Source: Candidatus Zhuqueibacterota bacterium
GTDB lineage: Bacteria; Zhuqueibacterota; Zhuqueibacteria; Residuimicrobiales; Oceaniaggregativiventaceae
DNA length: 50,180 nucleotides
Direction of reading: 5' to 3'
Assembly (NCBI GenBank): GCA_016929055.1
Contig: JAFGJN010000161.1
Span: forward strand, 1 to 50,180
A program made the translations under genes and the position numbers. Each line of letters opens with the position of its first letter. Within the stretch, counting starts at the first letter, position 1. The notes beneath the pieces are model-generated. The model was not told where the DNA came from. It worked only from the letters and a program-made list of their open reading frames with translations, and ran no database searches. Below are positions 39,072 to 49,100 of this stretch, one piece after another.

Positions 39072-42000
39072 ATGCATGAATCAGAAAACAGCACCGTTTC
39101 CCAGCGGCGCGGCAGAAAAAAAATCCGACGCTGTCTTAAAAAAATCCTCTTCTTTATGGTTGGAGCGGGATTCTTGTTCAGCGTTGCTCTGGTGGTTGCG
39201 GTGCGTATTTTTTTCCCGCCTGAACGTTTGAAAGATATGGCGATCGTTGCAGCAGAGAAAGAACTGGGAAGACGTCTTTCCATTGGCGAGGTAGCATTCA
39301 ATCCGTTAAAGGGATTTCAATTTCGGGATCTCCACCTCACTTCGATATCGGATTCCCTTGACCGCGAATATCCCTTGCCGGTACGCGAAGCTTTTATTCG
39401 TTCGATGAGTATGCGTTATTCGTTGCGCGCAGTATTGCGAAAACACCTCGTATTAAAGAGTTTCTCTATCGATCATCCCCGACTCGTGTTGTTTCTCAAT
39501 TCGGAACTTGCTTCCAGGTCGGACGCCAAAGCGGATACGACCGCGGCTGTTGGTCTGGATCAATTGGTTCTGCCCGTCAGGCTGGATTTGCGGTCGATCG
39601 CTGTCAGGGAGGGGAGCTTTTCGATCGTCGTCAGGGATTCTTTGTCGGATACGCGCATCCAAATTGACTCCATCAGCCTGTTTCTGAGAGACGTCTCAAT
39701 TCCCCGTGGTCCGGTGATTTCCGATTCGACTCTTTTGCGCGGCAAAGTGCATTTGCTCGCCGATCAATCGCGGCTGAATTTCGAACAGGATGTCCGCTCG
39801 CCCGCCTCGCAAGCCACGCGTTTCCGGACGCTTCTCCAGGCCGATATTGGGTTGGAAATCAAAGGAATCGACAACGTCCAAACCTCAGTGAAAATCGATC
39901 TCCATGAGAGCTCTTTTTCATATCACGACAACGCCACCAGAATGGCACAAGAGTTGTCTCCTGTTGTCGGACTCGAGCTGCAGGCAACTGCTGATTTGCT
40001 GGATACATTGATCAATGTGCAGCAGCTGGCTTTCACACTCGATCGTCACCCCTGGTTGCAGCTTAAAGGACGGTTGGCACAGGTGGCCGAGGGAACGGCT
40101 GTCGATGTTCGAGTGAACGAGAGCCGCATTCCTTTTATCGGACTCTATAATCTGGCCAGCGATTGGATTCCCGGAACGAGGCTGATTCATTGGCACAATC
40201 CGAAAAGTGAGTTCACTCTTAAAGACAGCCAGGTACGCGGAATTCTGATAAACCGTCATAAAGAGCCTGACCTTACATTTCAGGTTCGGATGGCAAGTGA
40301 TGATTTCGGCATAACGATCAATCACGGCGAACAAGAGGTCGATCGATTCAGGGTCATCGCATCAGCTGATGGGCGGATCACCTCGTCCGGAATGGCTGAT
40401 CTGCATGCGGCTGTTCAGATGGGGGTGGATTCTCTCTATGTCGAATTGCCCGACGACTTGCTTTTAACAAGCGGCAAGATATCGTTGCAGGGGGAAACAC
40501 GTCTCGATTCCACACAAATGCCGGTGAAACTGGCATTGGGTATGACAGCTCGAAACCTGATGCAGGCAAATTTAGACGTGTATGTCGATTTGGCAGGTGA
40601 TCATTTCCAGTCTTTGTCCGGTTCTGCCAATGTGGGGCTGAAAAATATTCGCCCTCAGGTGGTGCCGGATCTACCGCTCCGCACCACCTTGTCCGCCGAT
40701 CTGGAAATAGATTTCAATACGCTCGATAAAATCAAAGGTGCCTTGAAGGTCAAAAGCGATTCCCTCTTTTATGTCGCGGACAAATCTCTCGGTTTTCCGC
40801 CAATCGCTCTTTCGACCGATTTTCAGGCACGTGTCGACCTGTCGGCTCAAGAGGCCCGAATCGATACCCTTCGGCTGCATCTCAATAATGTGCTCTCGGC
40901 AATGCTCCGGGTCCGGGTTTCGCCCCAGGATTTTCAAGTGAATCTCGACGAGCTGGCCATTGAGCATCAACCCCTTTATCGCTTGATTCCCCGTGAGATG
41001 CGTGAACAACTTTACGATCTTCGGCTGAGCGGATCCACCCACATTACGGCCCAAGCAAAAGGCAGGCAAAGCGATTCGCCGCCTTCATTTCAGCTCAAGG
41101 GTCGTGTGCATACGGCAAATACGCGTGTCGATTACCCCAGCCAGGGATTGACTCTCGATGGCGTGCATCTCGATCTAGACCTTGAATCCCATTCGACAGG
41201 ATCGACCCTGCTGTCGACTGTCCTGTCGATCGATGATATTTGTCTTGAATTCGAAAAGACGTTGCGCTATCGCAACAATCGTTTGTCATTCGGTGTCCAA
41301 ACACAAGACGGATCGACCGTCCACTTGAGGGATGGGCGGCTCGAACTTCCCGATCTTTCTGCTTCAGGCCATTTTGCGGCTATTTTGGAACAGTTGTCCG
41401 AAAATATCCGTTTCAGCGGTCAAGTCGAATTCGATCAGGCCATAGCCGACACCATTTATGTGGCTGATTTGCTGGGGATGCACGGGAGTCAGAGATTCTC
41501 GCTCAATTTTTTTGGCGATACGACCAAAGTCGATGTCAAGGCATTTTATACCGCCGAACACCTTGACTTGCTGTTGCCTGGAGAGACGATTGTGCGCGAC
41601 TTGAATGCACGTCTGGTAATCGAACAGGGCGTCGATCTGCTCAGTAGTCGCCTGCTCGCTCGAGAGGCTACGGCGATTCTAACCCCTTCGGACGCCGCTC
41701 TGGATTACCAGGTTTTGCGCGACTATTACCGAGCTGTCCTTAAAAATCGGTCAACGCTGTCGATCGCTTCCATCGAAGCGGCGGGTTATCGAATAAGCGA
41801 TGTCGCCGGAGAGATGTATCTGGGCGAAGGATGGATCGAAGTACCCTTTCTCCAGGCCAGCGCTTATGGAGGAAATCTTGTCGGCCGAATCGGTCTCGAT
41901 TTGGCATCCGGCGATTTACGACATGCTGTTTATACGTTATCGGCTCATTTCACGGAAGTCAATTCGGAACTGTTTTTGCCGGAAGAAAAAAACAAGGATG

Positions 42001-42374
42001 GCCGTGGTATAATCAACGGCAATTTAACCCTGAACGGCAACGGAGTCGACCCGGAATATGGCATGATGATCGGTGGGTATTTTTATCTCACCGAGATTGG
42101 CCCCCGTGTGGTTTTGAATCTATTGCGGGCGCTGGATCCCCAGGGAACCGATACCGGCATCGGGCTGACCCAACAGTTGATCGGTTGGGGCTTCAAACCC
42201 AGCCTGATGAGCTTTTTCATTCGGCACGGCTACTTTTATCCAGCCATCCATTTCGCACAACCCTGGTATTTTCCGGTTCGCCTGAGTCAGGGGAAAGTCG
42301 AGTTGTCGCGTGTGCCTGTGAAATTTTTTCTGCAGACCGCTTTGCGGCCGCCGAGCCAAACAATGACGAGGTAG
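39072..42374 (+). CDS. AsmA-like/YdbH-like intermembrane beta-taco protein
   Basis: Basic N-terminus and single TM, AEKELGRRLSIGEV AsmA_N-like segment, about 1000 aa of amphipathic beta strands, LQASAYGGNLVG motif. Followed by a DUF1318 gene. Confidence 0.75.
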   Translation: MHESENSTVSQRRGRKKIRRCLKKILFFMVGAGFLFSVALVVAVRIFFPPERLKDMAIVAAEKELGRRLSIGEVAFNPLKGFQFRDLHLTSISDSLDREYPLPVREAFIRSMSMRYSLRAVLRKHLVLKSFSIDHPRLVLFLNSELASRSDAKADTTAAVGLDQLVLPVRLDLRSIAVREGSFSIVVRDSLSDTRIQIDSISLFLRDVSIPRGPVISDSTLLRGKVHLLADQSRLNFEQDVRSPASQATRFRTLLQADIGLEIKGIDNVQTSVKIDLHESSFSYHDNATRMAQELSPVVGLELQATADLLDTLINVQQLAFTLDRHPWLQLKGRLAQVAEGTAVDVRVNESRIPFIGLYNLASDWIPGTRLIHWHNPKSEFTLKDSQVRGILINRHKEPDLTFQVRMASDDFGITINHGEQEVDRFRVIASADGRITSSGMADLHAAVQMGVDSLYVELPDDLLLTSGKISLQGETRLDSTQMPVKLALGMTARNLMQANLDVYVDLAGDHFQSLSGSANVGLKNIRPQVVPDLPLRTTLSADLEIDFNTLDKIKGALKVKSDSLFYVADKSLGFPPIALSTDFQARVDLSAQEARIDTLRLHLNNVLSAMLRVRVSPQDFQVNLDELAIEHQPLYRLIPREMREQLYDLRLSGSTHITAQAKGRQSDSPPSFQLKGRVHTANTRVDYPSQGLTLDGVHLDLDLESHSTGSTLLSTVLSIDDICLEFEKTLRYRNNRLSFGVQTQDGSTVHLRDGRLELPDLSASGHFAAILEQLSENIRFSGQVEFDQAIADTIYVADLLGMHGSQRFSLNFFGDTTKVDVKAFYTAEHLDLLLPGETIVRDLNARLVIEQGVDLLSSRLLAREATAILTPSDAALDYQVLRDYYRAVLKNRSTLSIASIEAAGYRISDVAGEMYLGEGWIEVPFLQASAYGGNLVGRIGLDLASGDLRHAVYTLSAHFTEVNSELFLPEEKNKDGRGIINGNLTLNGNGVDPEYGMMIGGYFYLTEIGPRVVLNLLRALDPQGTDTGIGLTQQLIGWGFKPSLMSFFIRHGYFYPAIHFAQPWYFPVRLSQGKVELSRVPVKFFLQTALRPPSQTMTR

Positions 42375-42381
42375 ATTCGAC

Positions 42382-42942
42382 ATGATACAAAAATATGTTT
42401 TGACCGCGCCATTTGCTGCGGTGATCGCTCTTTGTTTGGGTTGCAGCATTAAAGCGCCGGAAATTGTGGTGACCGGTGAAAAGACCGCCCTGGAAAACCA
42501 GATGCTGGGACGCTTCGAAAATATTGAAAGCGCAAATGATGTCATCGCTTCAACGCGCTCGATCGATCCTTTGCCCGAGGGCTATACATCCTCGAGTGTA
42601 CTCGAGGCCATCGAGAATCAGAGGCTTCGGCGCGACGAACTGGATGAACTCAAAAGACAGCATCTGGTGGGCGAAGCCAATGACGGTTTTTTGGCGGTTA
42701 TCAACTCGGAGCGTTATGAAAAGGATCCGATTTTGCAGGACAGAGTCGATCGTCTCGTCGCCCAGGAAAACAATGATCGCAGAACGGTTTTTAGCCGGAT
42801 TTTGACGCTGTATGGGGCCGAGTCGGCAAAAAATGATTCTGCCATCCGTCAGCAGCTGGTGCGGCTGTATGCGGATGACTCTCAAGCCGGCACGATGGTT
42901 CAGATGCCCGGAGGCGAATGGGTGGAAAAGCAAAAACGGTAA
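42382..42942 (+). CDS. Lipoprotein with DUF1318/YdbL domain
   Basis: Lipobox CLGC. LDELK..HLVGEANDGFL, LVAQENNDRR.VF and GTMVQMPGGEWVEK are YdbL-family motifs. Confidence 0.85.
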   Translation: MIQKYVLTAPFAAVIALCLGCSIKAPEIVVTGEKTALENQMLGRFENIESANDVIASTRSIDPLPEGYTSSSVLEAIENQRLRRDELDELKRQHLVGEANDGFLAVINSERYEKDPILQDRVDRLVAQENNDRRTVFSRILTLYGAESAKNDSAIRQQLVRLYADDSQAGTMVQMPGGEWVEKQKR

Positions 42943-43126
42943 GGTACGGTTTTTCTGCCAACAGCTGAGCGGATCGATGCCGGCTCACCGATGTTCAATT
43001 CGGGGACATCAGTTATTTTATGTGTACAATGGTTGGTTCTTTGTGTTATCTAGATTGTGAATTGTTCAGGCTAGTTTGTTTTTCACTAGTTAAACAAAGC
43101 GTCAAGAATCTGTTTGGACACCAATA

Positions 43127-46100
43127 ATGTCGGCTAATTATCGAAAAAATTTCCTGCAACCGGTGGTCTTGATATTACTGTATGCGTTCTCGACAAGGGC
43201 GATGCCGGTGTCTTTGCAGGAACCCCTTCAGGTAACCACCCATCCGGATATCGATTTGACTCCCCGGGTTTCATCTGACGGGAAATGGGTGGCCTATGTC
43301 AACCGACAGGCCGCCAATTATGACATTTGGATCACCAGTACAAGCGGAGGACGATCCCACCAAATCACTTTTCATAAGGCCGATGATCTCTATCCCGCCT
43401 GGGGGCCGGACAGCCGTACACTGGTTTTCGTTTCCCAGCGCAGCGACGCGGCCGGTGATATTTATCGTCTCAAATTACGGCAGGTGGGAGACAGACTGGT
43501 GCCCCGCGGGGAACCGGAACAAATCACCTTTTACCGCGGCTATGACGGTTATCCGACGGTATCTCCCGACGGCAAGAAAATTGCCTGGGTCTCCGACCGA
43601 TCGGGTCGTGAAGAGCTCTGGTTTTTTAATTACAACACCAGCAAAACGCTGCAATTGACCTTTCTTGGAGGAACCCATCCAGCTTGGAGTCCGGTGCAGG
43701 ATCTGCTGGCTTTTACCTCCTTTCGCGGAAGCGATCGAAATCAAGGCGATATCTATCTTATTCATCTCAAGGGGCCACGACCGACTCTGGCAGATGCGCC
43801 GCTGAGCGACAATCGAGAGTACCCGACCTATCAATTGACCCGGGGAACCGCGCTCGATGGTTTTCCCAGTTGGTCGTTAGATGCCAAGGCATTGTTTTTT
43901 CTGCGCTATGACAGAGATAGCAATGCTGACGGTATCATCAGTCCGGCGGATGTCGGAAATATCTGGCGGGCCGATGTCCATGAATTTCCGCAAGCAGCGG
44001 TCGAGCGCGATTCCCTTTATCCCGGTTTGAATCGATCGTTCAATCTTCGGCTTATCAGCAATGCCTACCCCCTCACCTGGTCGATGGTGCAGCAACTGCA
44101 GCCTTGGGGAGGTGCTGATGATCGAGTCTATTTTTCCAGCAATGAAAAAGGGAATCTGGATGTCTGGTCCGTTCCGATGGATGGTATCGTGCCTTTGATG
44201 GATTTCGTCGGCGACCAATTCTCTCTGGCGCAAACGATCGAGCTGCCCGACGGACTTGCTCCCTCCGGATCGACGATGCTTTTAACCGATGTCGATCCCG
44301 ATTCCTTGAATAGAGAATCACAACAGAAGATTTGGAATCGGGCATTGGCTTTTCGCCGGGTCATCGATTTTCACGGTCTAGGTCATCCCTATGCGGCCGC
44401 CGCGCTGTATGAACAGAGCCTCTGCCTCTTTTTCCTTGGTCGAAATGACCAAGCCGAGTCAGCTCTCGAAACGGTCTTGCAGCGTTTTAACGACAATCGC
44501 CGGGTTGCGGTCTATGCCGAAATGGCTCAACTTGAAATTCGCAGCCGAAATGAAGCTCCGGCAAAACGTCAGATAATTCTGCGTCAGGGTATGGCAGCGA
44601 TTTCCCGCAAGTACGCCGATCAGGAACGACCATCGGCGGAAGCGCAAATGGCCATCGGTCACCTTTTCGGCCATGAAGGACGAATCGATGAGGCTCGAGA
44701 CAGCTATGCGGCTGTTCGCTCCCGTTTTCCCCTGTTGCGCGACCTGGGGGCCGAAAGTCTTTTTCGTATCGGCAGATTGACAGAACAACAGGGCGAACGC
44801 CAAGAGGCACTCGAGATTTATCGTCGAGTGTGGAGGGATTATCCGGATCAAACGCGCTGGATTCGAGCAGCCCGCGATCAAATCCTGAAGGCAGAGGACG
44901 ATCGAGTTTTATCGATAGCCGATCGGAAAAGACGACTCGAGGCGTTAATTCTGGCCTATCCCGAAGACCCTCAGATTGTTGCAGAGGCTAGGCTGCGACT
45001 GGCTGATTTGGTTTTTCAGCAAAATGATTTTGAACAAGCATTGGCGGCTTTTCAAGCCCTCGAGCGGGATTTCCCCGAAAGCGAACAGGCGCACATTGCT
45101 CAGATCGCTCAGGCGCAAGGCCTATTCAAACTGGGCCGGAGCGATGAGGGCTATGATCGCCTGAACCGACTCATCGAGAAACATACAGAAAAGCGACCGG
45201 AATTCGCCCGCCAAGCCCGGGTAGCGCTTTTGCAGGCATTGTTGACCACTGCAGATGAGTTCAAGTCAACGCACGAGTATTCACAAGCCAGCCTGCGCTA
45301 TCAGCGCGCCAAAGATGTGGATCCCCGCTCATTGCATGCCCATCGGGGATATATCGAATGCGCCTATCGAATGCGCCGTATCGATGCCGTCGTGTCGGAA
45401 TATCGGCAAATTTCGGCAAATCAACGCGACAACATCCTGATCTATGCACTCGGTCTGGCTTTGTCTTATCAGGCGACCGAAAAAGTCGAGTTGGACGGAG
45501 ATCCAGGCGGATATCGCGCCGATCTTTTGGCCGAGTCCAGTGCGACAATCGCCCGAGCCTTGTCGTTTGACTATTCACTGGTCGAGGGCTATTTGACAAT
45601 CGCGTTCAATTATGAAATGATGGAATACCATCTCGCCCGGCAAAAGAGCAAGCCTAAAAGTTTTTCCCGCAGATTATTTGAAAGTATTGCGGCTCCACCG
45701 CGGGAGCTCTATCGGACCATAACCTTTCAACGCGAAGGCAAACCTCCGCGTTACGCCGAGCGTGCCATACACGAGTTGATCAAGGCTCTTGCCCTTAACG
45801 ATGAAAAGGAAAATTCTACCCTCGAGGCGGTTATTGCCATGAATTTGGCAAACAATTATTACCACCTCGGCGAGTACGGGTTGGAAAAGGCTTATGAATA
45901 CTATCGCATCAAACTGGCGAACGATACCACCTTTACCGATCCCAGACGAGAGGCTCTGATCTATGAGCGTTTGGGACACGCTTCTCTGGTCGTTCGGGAT
46001 TATGAAAACGGATCGCGATATCTGCGCCGGGCAATCGATCTTTACGGTCGGCTAGAGCGACCGGATAAAGTGTATTTGTGCACCAAACGCCTCGCTCTTC

Positions 46101-49100
46101 TTTATCAAGATGCTCATGAGCCACAATCTGCGATCGAGCAATTTATTCTGGCCGCCGAGTATGAAGGAAAAAATCGACGCCAAAGCGAGCTGATGATCAG
46201 CCTGCGCAGCATTGCTTACAATTATCTGGTAGATGGACAAATCGACAAGGCGATTGTATATGCGCGTCAGGCTCTGGAACTGATTGATTCAGGCCGGGTT
46301 AAGACTGTGGAGCATGAGGCCAAGCGGATCCAGCTCGGCTTTCTCGGTCTCTATGCACCACTACCCTTTGTCGATTTAACCCCTGTGGGTTCAGCCCGCG
46401 TTCACGGGTTAACCACGCGCGACGAACGCGCTCTAATCTATTCCATCCTCGGATCCAGCTATCGTGAACTGAAAAGCTATTCGGCCGCCATCGACTATTT
46501 GCAAAAGAAACTGGAAATATTTTCCGATGAAAAGGATCCCTATGCTGAAGCGGCGTTTTTAAATAACCTGGGTTATTTGTATCATCTGGATGGCAACCTG
46601 CAAAAAGCCCGGTATTATTTCGAGCGTTCTCTTGACGTGTGCAAAAAACATGGTCTTAATCACGGCTGGGTTACCAACAGTGTGAACCTCAGTCGGGCGG
46701 TACAGAGTGAGAAAACTGCCTTAATCCCCATTTCTTTCGGTTCGGCTTCTGACCTCATCGAAGCCGAGGAACACGCTGTTACAGAGCTGCGCCTGGCCAT
46801 TGAAACGTTCAGCACTGTTTTTGGGATGGAACGGCAGGTTGTACGAGCACAGCTGGAATTGGGCGAACTGCTTTTAAATGGGACAATCCGTCAGAATGGC
46901 GATCGATCTGTTGGAACGATCCATCACAGTTTTGTGCAGCTTGCCGAGGCGCAGACCCTGTTACAGGAAGCGTTGAATACAAGTTTGCGGCGAAAATTGC
47001 AGCGTGAAGAATGCGCCGCTAATTATACGCTTGGTCGTATTGCGGATAGGGCAGGCGACGCTGAAGAAGCCTATCGTCTGCTTTCGCGTAGCCGTTGGCT
47101 GGCGCTCAATTTGGGCTATTTCGATCTGTTGTGGCGAGTCGATTGCCTTTTGGGTGATGTCGTCGATGGAATCGGTTGGCAGCGACAGCAAGAGCTTGGA
47201 ATCACCGGCCATCCTCTGGAGTATTATGCGGAAGCGATCCAAGTCGTTGAATCGCAACCCTTGATTGACGACGGGCAAAGCGGCACAGAACTCAGACGTG
47301 CCAGGCAACTGCCCTATCTGCGCGAGGCTGCTTTTCTTTTGGACTTGGGATTGGTGGATGACGCATTGAACGCGGTTGAACGCCAGCGGGAAAGGCAGTT
47401 CCGCGATCTTGTTCCGTTGTCTGATTTTCCTGGCGCCGATGAACAGAGCGATGAATGGTTCCAATCGGCAATCGACTACCAGACAAACATCAATCGGCTA
47501 GAGCTGTCGCTAATGCAATTGCAGACCGGCAGTGAAAGAGCCAGACTCAAGCGTGAATTGCTCGCCACTCGGGATTCCTATGCCCGGTTTTTAAAGGACA
47601 TCCGCCGTCTGGAACCACAATTGGCCTGTCTGATCGAGCCTGAAACCGTCACTGTGAATGCGGTGCAACAGAATCTCGGTGCGGGAGACATCGTGCTCTA
47701 TTTTCATGATTTGGCAGGGATTATACAGGTGTGGACGGTTACGTCGGAGGATATCGATGCGCGACCGCTTTCATTGACCTCGGCCGAAATGGAACAAGCC
47801 TTTATCGCTGATGATCCGGAAGCACGCCAACGAGTCTCCACCGTTTTTTCTTCCATCCTGCAGCGCCCAGAGTTCCAGCGAGTCGTGTTGATACCGGATC
47901 CATCGTTACTTATTTATCCATGGACCTCTTTTTGGATGCAAGCCGATACATTGCGAAGGCCCCTTGTTCTGGCTTCGAGTTTGAGCGGATTGATGACATC
48001 CTTAAAAAATCGTCGGCATTCGGGGACGCGCATTTTTCTCTCCTCGGAAGAATTTGTTGATCGGCTCTCTGCACTTGATTTTACAACCTTTATGCCGGTC
48101 AGAAATCCCGCAAACAACAGTTTTGCCGATCAAGTCGGATATCTGCGGAGCGCCGACATCGTCCATCTCAAATTACAGGCCGAGTGGAATCATTTGAATC
48201 CGGCGCTGAGCAAAATGGGTTTTTTTGTTCGCGGTTCACAACCAGCCGTCTTTACACCACTTGAGTTGTTTGCTCTGCGATTGGATGCAGGCTTGGCGAT
48301 TTTGCACTTTACAAGTCCGCTCGATGCAAGGGTCGCTGCCGAATCTTTTCTATTATTGGAACGCGCTCTCTATTGCAGCGGTGTGAACGCTGTTATGATT
48401 CTGTCGCAACCGGAAAGCGAAATTGATGATTTTCTTATGCGCTTTTATAATGTCTGCAGCCAACAGCCGATCATCCCTGCTTTTATGGAGGCGAAAAGAG
48501 GCGCCGAGAACAGCTCCCAACTCTATGGATTCGCGGCCTCGACGCCGGACGAGGTCGAGGCTGTTTATGCCGAATTGCGTTCCGCTTTTGAACGAGCGGA
48601 ACAACACAGCCGCGAGCAACGCTGGGAAAAAGCTATTCAATTCTATCAACAAGCGTTGCGTGAAGCCAGACAGGACAGAGATCGGCTCAAAACTATTCAT
48701 ATGGGTTTGTTGAGCGCGGCGATTGGTACGGCGAACTGGCCTCTGGCCATAGACAGTCAAAGCGCTTTGCTGCAGATGGCACAGCAAAGACAAAATCGAA
48801 CCGATATCGCCACAGCGGGTTTTAGTCTGGCCGTTTTGCATCGCCGCAACAGCGAAGAGCAAACCGGTCGCGCGATAGAGAATCAATGGAGTCGTTTTTC
48901 GCAACGGTATGGCTTGCAGATACAGCAAGCAGAGGCATATGAATATCTGGCTACCATCGCTGCGAGGTGCGGCAATGCTTCGTTGGCGATCGATTGGTTC
49001 GAGCAGGCGCAAAAGCTTTTTGTAGCTTTGGGCGACGCCAAAGGCGCAATACGCTGTCGGGTTGAATTGGCCGGTATCGCCCTCGATCATTACCGGGAAC

